Shown: positions 43,837 through 51,929, counted from the first letter of the stretch. The stretch: DNA of 53,579 nt from Candidatus Levyibacteriota bacterium (GCA_050255815.1 JBLMVJ010000020.1:1-53579); one strand, 5' to 3'. Notes: a model not told the origin generated them from the sequence alone. A program made the numbers and translations.

Positions 43837-43862
43837 AAAAGGCGGGAGAGAGCCCGCCTTTT
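43837..43862. terminator. Bidirectional intrinsic terminator hairpin
   Basis: AAAA-GGCGGG-AGAGAG-CCCGCC-TTTT. A/T runs on both flanks. Confidence 0.6.
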
Positions 43863-44021
43863 GATGGTCAAACGGTTATACGGCGCTTCAAGAACACCGT
43901 TTTTTTCAAAGAAAACAAACGGACGAATTGAAGCAGAGTGAGCATCTTTCCTTAGGGGCGAAGCCCCGGTATGCCGGGGAAGATGCTACTTTAATATTAG
44001 AACGAATAACTCAGAAGATTG

Positions 44022-45527
44022 TTACGTCTTAGGGATATTGAGTTTGAATTTTTGTATTACCCCTTTATTTACTTCACTATTTTTTACCAGTATGGTCACG
44101 TTACCGTCTGCATAAACCGGAATCCATTCGGAGCCCAGAAGCAATGGAAGCAGGAATGGGCGGATTCTGGTAGGGTCATCTGTTGCTACATTAAACACTA
44201 CCGCATTTATGTGGTACTTTTCAGCCTGTTTTTTGAAAAAGCCGGGGTCAGCCATCATACGGTAGTATTCATCAAAAAATGGTCCGGGATACGCTTCCGG
44301 ACGGGCGTCTATGAATACCTGCTGCCGTGGATACAGCCGGTAAATCAAGTAGTTGCCTACAATGTAGTTATTAAATATATTTCCTTTGATATGGTTATTC
44401 ACTATGAAGTCGGCTGCTTTTTCAGCTGAAGGGACAAACTGGAAATGCAATAGGTCATAATCAAATAAGCCTTTTATATGGAACCCTACTATAAAAACTA
44501 CAATAGCTACACTCATCCCTTTTAATATGGTCAAGTTCGATTTCTCCATTTTTTTCTTCAGGGTTTCCTCAAGCTTTGTAAATGATTCTACTAAGTAAAC
44601 GAGACCAAGTACGCCAAACAGGGGGATACACCTGGTATAGCGCAATCCAAGGAAAGCTCCCACAAGCGCATTCCCCAGGTTTCCCTTTTTCCATAGTTTT
44701 GTAGAAAAACCAATTAAAAATAATAACATGAGGAACTCAAACGTCATCACTTGTAGTACCAGGGTGTATGCTATGTTTTGGTTAGTGCTGGTTGATTCAA
44801 ATATTTTGAGTGGTGAGGTATTTTCCTCTACATTAAAGTTGTAATTACTGGAAAACGTAAATGGAAGCAGAGCGCCTTTTACAAAACTAGGATTAATAAA
44901 GATGGAGACTAATAAGAAACCTCCGATTATTAGCAAGTTTTTCTTGATTTTTTTGCTGCGTAAATATTCCTCGGCCAAAAAGAATAGGTATATACCTAAC
45001 CCAAGGATAAAGTAAATGTGGGAATTTACCCAAAGCAATTCAATAGCCGGTAGACCGAAAAGCCAATATAGTTTCCCCGACTCTTTATATTTCTCCACAA
45101 GGAAAATAAATACACTAATAAATAAGTAGGAGAAAAGTTCCGGTAGGACATAGAAGCGGAGTGAAAAAATAGTGATAGACAGTAATGAAAAGATGATTGC
45201 CCAGAAAATTGATCCTTTTTTTATGGCTACCAGGTAAAGGATAGAAAAAGTGAGAAGTACCATGATGACCTTAAATACGAGTAGCGCCTGAAGTCCCAGT
45301 AATGAAACCAGATAAAATATTACCTCTGCAAACCATTCATGATTCACTATGGGAAAGTTAGGGTGCGTGTAGGAGAAAAGATTTGTTTGGGGGACACAGA
45401 GACATTTTAAGACCACTTCCCCCATTTTCAAATGCCGGCCCAGATCCCCCAGCATAGAAATATCCTTGGTAAAAAGTAACAGGAGTAAATAGGAAAACGG
45501 GATGAGTGCAAAGAGGAATTTCCTCAT
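44022..45527 (-). CDS. Polytopic membrane protein, possible GT-C-type glycosyltransferase
   Basis: 501 aa, about 11 TM helices, then a roughly 120-aa soluble C-terminus. N-terminal GDLGRHLKMGE...NHEW motif. Family not firmly recognised. Confidence 0.55.
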   Translation of the reverse strand: MRKFLFALIPFSYLLLLLFTKDISMLGDLGRHLKMGEVVLKCLCVPQTNLFSYTHPNFPIVNHEWFAEVIFYLVSLLGLQALLVFKVIMVLLTFSILYLVAIKKGSIFWAIIFSLLSITIFSLRFYVLPELFSYLFISVFIFLVEKYKESGKLYWLFGLPAIELLWVNSHIYFILGLGIYLFFLAEEYLRSKKIKKNLLIIGGFLLVSIFINPSFVKGALLPFTFSSNYNFNVEENTSPLKIFESTSTNQNIAYTLVLQVMTFEFLMLLFLIGFSTKLWKKGNLGNALVGAFLGLRYTRCIPLFGVLGLVYLVESFTKLEETLKKKMEKSNLTILKGMSVAIVVFIVGFHIKGLFDYDLLHFQFVPSAEKAADFIVNNHIKGNIFNNYIVGNYLIYRLYPRQQVFIDARPEAYPGPFFDEYYRMMADPGFFKKQAEKYHINAVVFNVATDDPTRIRPFLLPLLLGSEWIPVYADGNVTILVKNSEVNKGVIQKFKLNIPKT

Positions 45528-45535
45528 GCTTTATT

Positions 45536-46945
45536 TTAACTTACTGCCTTACGGTCTTTCCAGAGGAGTCTGTCAACATGAAAGAGTTCCGGAAGCCTGT
45601 TCAGGAATGGGATATATGGAAATGCCATAAGTAATAGCACCAGGGACCCTAAGATAATGGCGCCATCCCGGTCCTGGTTATCATCATTTGCCAGTACCGA
45701 ATGGTCTAACAAGCCCAGAGGCGCCAACCACCATGCGCCCGGTGGAATAGTGACTTTCTCTTCCCGCAGCATACCATACTGGTCTGTTGTCATAGTGAGT
45801 TTGGTTGCCTGGTCTTCCAGCGCTCCGGTATCGGAAAGGAACCGTAGCGGATATGTTGTATTGTATCCCGTGTCTGATTCATTTCTAATAGCTGCTTCAT
45901 ACAGGCCATTTTTCCCCATTAAAACTAATGCGCTAATTACCGGAATGACCGGGTTTTTAGGGTTATCTTTTACCGTGATCACCCCTTCCTTTTCAAAATA
46001 GTCGGAAGCGTCTTTCAGCATTTTTTCCTGTTTCTCTTTTTGTGCATTATTAAATAGTGCTAAGGAATCAGTTCCGCCCTTCAGTTCTACGTACTGGGCA
46101 TACGGTTCTTCCACATATACTTTTTTAGTATCAAACTGGTAGGGGTCTATGTCATCGGAATAGGTAGCCGTATCTGAACTATGGTCTATTTCAGAAATTA
46201 AGGTTTTTGCCATAAGCCCGGGATCCTCATTTGCTATTTGTTTAATGGTAAGGGGTGAAATGATTGGAGAGGGGAAAATTATTGCAAGAATTATAATTAC
46301 TATCATGAGGACTGCGCCTCTCAAAAATAATACGGTATGGTTTGCTTTTACCATCCGGACCGGAACATCTTTCCTGTAAGGTTTTGCAATCCCCCTTAGC
46401 CTTATTAAACCATAATGCAGGAATAAAACACCCAAGAGGAGTAAGGGGATAATGACAATATGGATCCCATAAATCTGGGCATAATTCAGGTTATTGATAA
46501 ACAATCCCAAGCCGCTTCCGTTATATAAATCTGCTCCCTGTAGGCTTCTCCATTGGGAAGAAAAATCATCCCTTAGGACGTAACCAAATTCCGCCTCCGT
46601 CAGAACCAGGAAAAACATGATGGACCCCAGAACCCACAAAAATCTGCGTGGAGGTTTAAATCCGGAAGTAAGAAAAACTATAAAAAGATGCAGGATCATA
46701 AAAACTACAAAAGCTTGGAGGGACCAAAGATGGACAGAACGGGTGAAAATCCCCACCGGGGTTTTAAACCACCAGTCAGGGCCAAAAAATACCATTACAG
46801 ATCCTGTAATGATTAATAGCATGAAGCAGATCATTGAGAGGAACCCTAATGAGTAGAAGAACTTATTTGCATAGGAGGGCACGTTTTCCAGCATTACACT
46901 TTTCAACAGCTGTATGGTGCCAATTCCTTTTGGGGAATCTTCCAT
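45536..46945 (-). CDS. Di-haem cytochrome b (bc1/b6-type N-terminal domain) with an atypical C-terminal extension
   Basis: Helix B VHLWSLQAFVVFMILH (H-x13-H). FKPPRRFLW (PRE-W motif). Helix D IHIVIIPLLLLGVLFLH (H-x14-H, as in b6/Firmicutes type). Then one TM helix, about 190 soluble residues, PGAWWLAPLGLL and a final TM helix. Confidence 0.75.
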   Translation of the reverse strand: MEDSPKGIGTIQLLKSVMLENVPSYANKFFYSLGFLSMICFMLLIITGSVMVFFGPDWWFKTPVGIFTRSVHLWSLQAFVVFMILHLFIVFLTSGFKPPRRFLWVLGSIMFFLVLTEAEFGYVLRDDFSSQWRSLQGADLYNGSGLGLFINNLNYAQIYGIHIVIIPLLLLGVLFLHYGLIRLRGIAKPYRKDVPVRMVKANHTVLFLRGAVLMIVIIILAIIFPSPIISPLTIKQIANEDPGLMAKTLISEIDHSSDTATYSDDIDPYQFDTKKVYVEEPYAQYVELKGGTDSLALFNNAQKEKQEKMLKDASDYFEKEGVITVKDNPKNPVIPVISALVLMGKNGLYEAAIRNESDTGYNTTYPLRFLSDTGALEDQATKLTMTTDQYGMLREEKVTIPPGAWWLAPLGLLDHSVLANDDNQDRDGAIILGSLVLLLMAFPYIPFLNRLPELFHVDRLLWKDRKAVS

Positions 46946-46984
46946 ATTTTAAGTGTGTCACACTTTTACTTCTTAGTCAAATGT

Positions 46985-47398
46985 TTACAGAAGATACTCT
47001 ATTACATAGAAAACTATGCCGGAAACAACGGAAAGTGTCCAGAAAAAAAGAAAAACAAATGTGATCATTTTATGTTTGAGAAAATAATTTGTTCCTTTTT
47101 TATAATTTTTCCAGGCAAGTATTAAAAAAACAATGAGTGCTATGAACATAACCAAAGATAGAATCCCGTGGAAAGCGCCAAAGAGCAGGTTAAAGTTTGC
47201 CTCATTTTTTCCCTCATGTGCCTTAGTCCTGGTAACCATATAGGTGATGTTAAACATTACCTCATAGATTAAAGCCGCAGCAGCGGGGATGGTTGGGAAT
47301 TTATTTTTCTTATAGCCGGAGTAAAAGGTATAGAAAATAACAGAGGAAACAACCAGTTCTGCTATGAGGGAAATAGTGCTGAAAAGAGGAGCATGCAT
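46985..47398 (-). CDS. Four-TM membrane protein of unknown function (possibly DUF420-like)
   Basis: 137 aa, four hydrophobic helices. Lies between the cupredoxin and cytochrome b genes on the same strand. Confidence 0.5.
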   Translation of the reverse strand: MHAPLFSTISLIAELVVSSVIFYTFYSGYKKNKFPTIPAAAALIYEVMFNITYMVTRTKAHEGKNEANFNLLFGAFHGILSLVMFIALIVFLILAWKNYKKGTNYFLKHKMITFVFLFFWTLSVVSGIVFYVIEYLL

Positions 47399-47428
47399 TC
47401 TTTATTAATAGTAGCCCTTTTTTTATAA

Positions 47429-47944
47429 CTACTCAACAATCAGTTGCCCTACTTGTCCCATGAGGCGGTGTTTACCAACAGAACAGTAGTATTCAAATGT
47501 TCCGGCTTTATCTGCAGTGAATTCTACGGTATTCGTTTCTCCGGCTTTCGTTAAAGGCATTTTTACCTGCAGTTCATCAATATTAAAATTATGCATCATA
47601 TCATGGCTGGTCATAACTATTTTTACTTTTGTTCCCTTTTTTACTTTAATTTGTGCAGGTTTGTAATAAAATGAACCGGCCTCCATTTGTACCGTTACTT
47701 CATTTGGTGTTTGATCAGTTTGTGCTCCTGCTACGGCATTTTTAGCCTCTGCCTTTGCTTCAGAAGAGCTTTCTGTCATTTCTTCACGCATGCTGTTTGC
47801 GCTTAATGATTTGTTTGTTGTCTTTAGTGATAAGGCCACTACACCAACCAGCGCAATGAAGGCAATAATGCCTACTGCCAAGAGTATTTTTCCGTTGCCT
47901 TTTTGTATCTGGGGTGTCTCTGGTGTTTCCTGATGGTCTTCCAT
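47429..47944 (-). CDS. Membrane-anchored cupredoxin (type 1 blue-copper protein)
   Basis: N-terminal TM anchor and a low-complexity linker. Copper ligands in MMHNFNI and YYCSVGKHRLMGQVGQLIVE (His, Cys, His, Met). Confidence 0.8.
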   Translation of the reverse strand: MEDHQETPETPQIQKGNGKILLAVGIIAFIALVGVVALSLKTTNKSLSANSMREEMTESSSEAKAEAKNAVAGAQTDQTPNEVTVQMEAGSFYYKPAQIKVKKGTKVKIVMTSHDMMHNFNIDELQVKMPLTKAGETNTVEFTADKAGTFEYYCSVGKHRLMGQVGQLIVE

Positions 47945-47961
47945 GCCATAAATAATAAATA

Positions 47962-47981
47962 ATTGTGATTATAATCACAAT
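47962..47981. promoter_or_regulatory. Perfect 20-bp palindrome matching the CRP/FNR-family operator architecture
   Basis: ATTGTGATTATAATCACAAT equals TGTGA-N6-TCACA with a central TATAAT. Lies 18 nt upstream of the cupredoxin ATG (47944) and 84 nt upstream of the rpf-like ATG (48065). Confidence 0.55.
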
Positions 47982-48064
47982 AACTTACAAAAAAGTATCT
48001 TAGTTTCTTTTAGTAACTATTGGGTTGCAGTGTGTTGGGAAATAGTGTATCCTTTTTGGGGTTC

Positions 48065-48583
48065 ATGGAAACTTTGAGACAAAAGGCTCTGAATCTTTTT
48101 TTTACTCTGGGGGAGCGTGTTGGCCTGATCTTAATAGTAGTAGCTTTCCTCTCATTTTTTATTTTAGATAGGACCAGCCAGGCATTTTCAAAAGATACGC
48201 CGCAGTTTATTCCGCAAAAAACAGAGTGGTATAACCATAATGTGGCTTTTGTAGCTGCATCAGCTAAGACAGAGGCTTCTTATAGTGTGGCCGTTGCTAC
48301 CGTAACCCCAACGCCAACTCCGCGTATAATAGTAGATCCCTCAGGGCAGGATGTGTGGCTGCGGTTGGCGGAATGTGAATCCCACCAGAACTGGCAGGAT
48401 AACACAGGGAACGGGTATTATGGTGGATTACAGTTTAGTCAGGGTGCATGGCAGTCGGTGGGTGGGTCAGGGTTGCCGTCTGAAGCATCCCGGGATGAAC
48501 AAATTATGCGCGGGAAAATGCTGCAGGCGGCACGCGGTTGGTCCCCATGGCGTAACTGCGCGGCAAAGATAGGTGCCTTATGA
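48065..48583 (+). CDS. Resuscitation-promoting-factor (Rpf)-type transglycosylase-like protein
   Basis: N-terminal TM helix and a PTPTP linker. WLRLAECESHQNWQDNTGNGYYGGLQFSQGAWQSVGG...SPWRNC matches the Rpf catalytic domain, including the CES Glu. Confidence 0.8.
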   Translation: METLRQKALNLFFTLGERVGLILIVVAFLSFFILDRTSQAFSKDTPQFIPQKTEWYNHNVAFVAASAKTEASYSVAVATVTPTPTPRIIVDPSGQDVWLRLAECESHQNWQDNTGNGYYGGLQFSQGAWQSVGGSGLPSEASRDEQIMRGKMLQAARGWSPWRNCAAKIGAL

Positions 48584-49452
48584 AATTTTTGAAGCCGGAT
48601 GTTACTTTTTGGATTATTTTAACTGTTATCCTCATTTCAGCCACATTTGTTCTTTCTCCTTTTGAGACACTGGAAACTCCAAGGGGCCCTATTCCTCAAA
48701 ATACTCCAAATTCTGTTGCTGCCTCTTCATCAGCGTCTGCCTCTACCGTTTCACCCGTACAAGTTGCGGTTAAGGCAATAATTGATGGGGACACTATGCT
48801 GGATTCCCGGAACATAAAGATTAGGCTTATTGGTGTTAATTCTCCGGAGCTAAACCAGCCATACTATAAGGAAGCAAAAGCAAAACTGGAAAAATTAATT
48901 TTGGGAAAAGTTGCGCAACTTGTAACAGATATAGAGAAGAAAGATACATACGGAAGGGAGCTTGCGTATATGTATAACGGCAATATGTTTGTGAATATTG
49001 AGATGGTAAAAAACGGAATGGCCATAGCAGATCCGATTTCCCCAAATACTGCCCACGTAAAAGAGTTTGAAAATGCCCAATTGGGAGCAAAGAAAAACTG
49101 CGCCGGTCTGTGGCAAGGGGAGTGCAGGAAGGATTTGTGTGTAAAGATCACCGGAATTCAGGCAGGACAAGGCAAAAATTTAAACATTGAGAGCATTTCA
49201 TTTTTAAATACGTGTTCCGGTCCGGTTAACCTTTCAGGATATCTTCTCAAAGATAGTTCCAGCAATTCCTATACTTTTCCCTCAACGGTTATCAATAAGT
49301 CTTTGACTCTTCATACTGGTTGCGCAAAAGATACCGGTTCTGATTTGTACTGGGGGTGTCCTCAGCGGTCTACACCCGTCTGGAATAACGCAGGTGATCG
49401 CGCATTTTTGTTTGACAGCTCCGGGCTTCTTGTTTCAGACTTTTCATATTAA
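48580..49452 (+). CDS. Secreted staphylococcal-nuclease-like (SNase) domain fused to a lamin-tail domain
   Basis: TM/signal N-terminus. VKAIIDGDTM...IRLIGVNSPE...YGRELAYMY (SNase motifs). C-terminal NIESISFLNTCSGPVNLSGYLLKD...WNNAGDRAFLFD (LTD). ATGA overlap with the rpf-like stop. Confidence 0.8.
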   Translation: MKFLKPDVTFWIILTVILISATFVLSPFETLETPRGPIPQNTPNSVAASSSASASTVSPVQVAVKAIIDGDTMLDSRNIKIRLIGVNSPELNQPYYKEAKAKLEKLILGKVAQLVTDIEKKDTYGRELAYMYNGNMFVNIEMVKNGMAIADPISPNTAHVKEFENAQLGAKKNCAGLWQGECRKDLCVKITGIQAGQGKNLNIESISFLNTCSGPVNLSGYLLKDSSSNSYTFPSTVINKSLTLHTGCAKDTGSDLYWGCPQRSTPVWNNAGDRAFLFDSSGLLVSDFSY

Positions 49453-49489
49453 AGGTCTGCTGTGATTGACAACACCGCCTCAAAACAGT

Positions 49490-49741
49490 ATGCTAACAAG
49501 CATTATGCCAGGGTCCTATATCCTTAAGAAAGATACCATTATCAGCACTATCATTGATGATTGTCCACGGGCGGTTGAATTACTAACTGAGTATGGTCTT
49601 TTTTGCGTCAGCTGTTTTCTCAATCAATTTGACACATTAGAAACCGGTGCCATAATCCATAGAATGACTGATGACCAGATAAATAGCATGATTAAGGAAA
49701 TTAATGAGCAGTTGAAGAAAGAGTCCCAGCCCCAGAAATAA
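49490..49741 (+). CDS. DUF1858-like small protein (hybrid-cluster-associated redox disulfide protein family)
   Basis: DTIISTIIDDCPRAVELLTEYGLFCVSCFLNQFDTLETGA resembles the DUF1858 CxxC-containing helix bundle. Lies immediately upstream of sufC. Confidence 0.6.
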   Translation: MLTSIMPGSYILKKDTIISTIIDDCPRAVELLTEYGLFCVSCFLNQFDTLETGAIIHRMTDDQINSMIKEINEQLKKESQPQK

Positions 49742-49742
49742 C

Positions 49743-50498
49743 ATGAGAATATTAAAAAACGCTTTAGTTATTGATAATTTATTTGCCCGGACCGTAGAGG
49801 GGAAAGAAATCCTGAAAGGTGTTTCACTGGTTATTAAAAAGGGGGAAATTCACGCAGTCATGGGGCCTAACGGCGGAGGAAAATCTACCCTGGCCCAGGT
49901 AGTTATGGGACATCCGGGGTATGTGGTGACCGCGGGAAAGATTTATGTAAACGGGGAAGACATTACAAAATTAAGCCCGGATAAACGGGCAAAGGCAGGG
50001 ATATTTTTAGCATTCCAGTATCCGGTGGAAGTGCCCGGGGTAAATTTTGCAAACTTTCTGCGGCAGGCGGTAAATGAAAAAATAACTGATAAGAAGGATA
50101 AAATCTCCCCTATTGCTTTCAGGAATAGGCTCAGTGAAAAGGCAGAAGAGCTGGCATTTTCCGCAGATGTTACTGCGCGCTTTTTAAATGAGGGCTTTTC
50201 CGGAGGAGAGAAGAAAAAAGCAGAAGTTTTACAGCTTGCCATGCTGAAGCCTCTCTTTGCAATTTTAGATGAACCGGATTCCGGATTGGATGTAGACGCC
50301 CTGAAATATATCTCTCACTCTTTAGTAAAGCTTTCCCATAAACCAGGACTGCTGCTCATTACCCACTACCAGCGGATTTTAAAGTATGTAAAGCCGGATT
50401 ATGTCCATATATTAATGGATGGGAAAATTATTACATCAGGGGACAGTAATCTGGCAAAAAAAATTGAGAAAAGCGGATATAAAAGCCTTTCAAAATAA
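49743..50498 (+). CDS. sufC: Fe-S cluster assembly ATPase SufC
   Basis: Walker A GPNGGGKST, signature LNEGFSGGEKK, and Walker B ILDEPDSGLD. Confidence 0.9.
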   Translation: MRILKNALVIDNLFARTVEGKEILKGVSLVIKKGEIHAVMGPNGGGKSTLAQVVMGHPGYVVTAGKIYVNGEDITKLSPDKRAKAGIFLAFQYPVEVPGVNFANFLRQAVNEKITDKKDKISPIAFRNRLSEKAEELAFSADVTARFLNEGFSGGEKKKAEVLQLAMLKPLFAILDEPDSGLDVDALKYISHSLVKLSHKPGLLLITHYQRILKYVKPDYVHILMDGKIITSGDSNLAKKIEKSGYKSLSK

Positions 50499-50502
50499 TC
50501 TC

Positions 50503-51894
50503 ATGAGTGATTCTGTGCGCACCCCTTATCTGTATGGTTTCCAAAAACCAGACCATTCTGTTTTTAAAACTCCTATTGGTTTGAACAAGAAAATTGTTGA
50601 ACAGATTTCTTACTATAAGAAAGAGCCGGAATGGATGAGGAAGTTTAGGCTGGATTCTTATGAGGTGTATAAGCAAAAAAAAATGCCTACCTGGGGCGCA
50701 GATCTGTCAGGTATACAGTTCAATAAGCTACATTATTATATAAGCCCAACGGACAAGAAATTCAGGGAGTGGGAAGACGTACCAAAAGAAATACTGGAAA
50801 CATATGACAAAATAGGGGTGCCGGATGCAGAGAAGAAATTCCTGGCAGGAGTTGGTGCCCAGTATGATTCTGAAGTAATTTACCATAGGCTGCGTGAGCA
50901 ATGGGAAAAACTGGGAGTGATATTTGTAGATACGGATACCGCAGTTCAAAAGTATCCGGAACTCGTACGGGAATATTTTGGAACTATAGTTGCTTCGTCT
51001 GATAATAAATTTGCAGCTTTAAATTCTGCAGTTTGGAGCGGCGGGAGTTTCCTCTATGTGCCAAAAGGCGTGCAGGTAACCATTCCGTTGCAAGCATATT
51101 TCAGAATTAACGCATCTGCCATGGGCCAGTTTGAACGGACCCTGATTATTGCGGAAGAAGGAAGCTTTGTGCATTATGTGGAAGGCTGTTCTGCCCCAAT
51201 TTATTCTACAGATTCTTTGCATGCTGCAGTGGTAGAGGCAGTGGTGAAGAAAGGCGCGCGGGTGAGGTACACTACTATCCAGAACTGGAGTAATAATGTC
51301 TACAATTTGGTGACCAAACGGATGGTGGTAGAAGAGGAAGCCGTGGGGGAATGGGTAGACGGAAATTTAGGGTCTAAGGCAACTATGAAATATCCCTCTT
51401 TAATTTTAAAAGGGAAAGGGGCGCGGGGAGAATTACTGTCCTTAGCATATGCAGGATCCGGACAGCACCAGGATGCCGGGGGGAAAGCAATCCATTTAGC
51501 ACCATATACTACCAGTACCATTACCTCTAAATCAGTAAGTGCGGATGGCGGAAGGACTTCTTACCGGGGAATGGTAAAAATTGCAAAAGGCGCCAAAGGT
51601 TCCAAATCTTTTGTGCGGTGTGATGCACTGTTGCTAGACCCATCCTCAAGGTCTGATACCTATCCGGTAAATATAGTAAATGAAGAGGATGTTACCCTGG
51701 GGCATGAAGCCTCTGTCTCAAAAGTGGGGGAAGATCAACTATTTTATCTCATGTCCCGGGGGCTTTCAGAAACACAGGCAACCGGGTTAATAGTGAATGG
51801 GTTTATAGAGCCAATTGTGAAAGAGCTGCCGTTAGAGTATGCGGTTGAGTTGAATAGGTTAATTAATTTGTCCATGGAAGGGGCCGTGGGATAA
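50503..51894 (+). CDS. sufB: Fe-S cluster assembly scaffold SufB
   Basis: 463 aa from ATG 50503. FERTLIIAEEGSFVHYVEGCSAP, HLAPYTTSTITSKSV, CDALLLD and QLFYLMSRGLSE. Confidence 0.9.
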   Translation: MSDSVRTPYLYGFQKPDHSVFKTPIGLNKKIVEQISYYKKEPEWMRKFRLDSYEVYKQKKMPTWGADLSGIQFNKLHYYISPTDKKFREWEDVPKEILETYDKIGVPDAEKKFLAGVGAQYDSEVIYHRLREQWEKLGVIFVDTDTAVQKYPELVREYFGTIVASSDNKFAALNSAVWSGGSFLYVPKGVQVTIPLQAYFRINASAMGQFERTLIIAEEGSFVHYVEGCSAPIYSTDSLHAAVVEAVVKKGARVRYTTIQNWSNNVYNLVTKRMVVEEEAVGEWVDGNLGSKATMKYPSLILKGKGARGELLSLAYAGSGQHQDAGGKAIHLAPYTTSTITSKSVSADGGRTSYRGMVKIAKGAKGSKSFVRCDALLLDPSSRSDTYPVNIVNEEDVTLGHEASVSKVGEDQLFYLMSRGLSETQATGLIVNGFIEPIVKELPLEYAVELNRLINLSMEGAVG

Positions 51895-51929
51895 CAAGTA
51901 TTAAGTATCGAGTATAGAGTATTGAGTAT
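51892..51929 (+). repeat. Heptamer-phased tract 5 between sufB and sufD: (TAA)CAAG TATTAAG TATCGAG TATAGAG TATTGAG TAT
   Basis: Read directly. The sufB stop TAA (51892) is followed by TAT at 51899, 51906, 51913, 51920 and 51927, all 7 nt apart. Confidence 0.85.

Noticed and set aside
43611-43931. ORFs 43611-43931 (+) and 43656-43871 (-)
   Set aside because: Both run through the tRNA-Gln gene and the GC-rich terminator hairpin. They have no start context and are not protein-like.
47945-48064. c-di-AMP (ydaO-type) riboswitch upstream of the rpf-like gene, as in Actinobacteria
   Set aside because: The 120-nt leader is AT-rich and shows none of the conserved ydaO helices or ACGGGG/CCCG elements by eye. 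Only the CRP/FNR-like DNA palindrome stands out.
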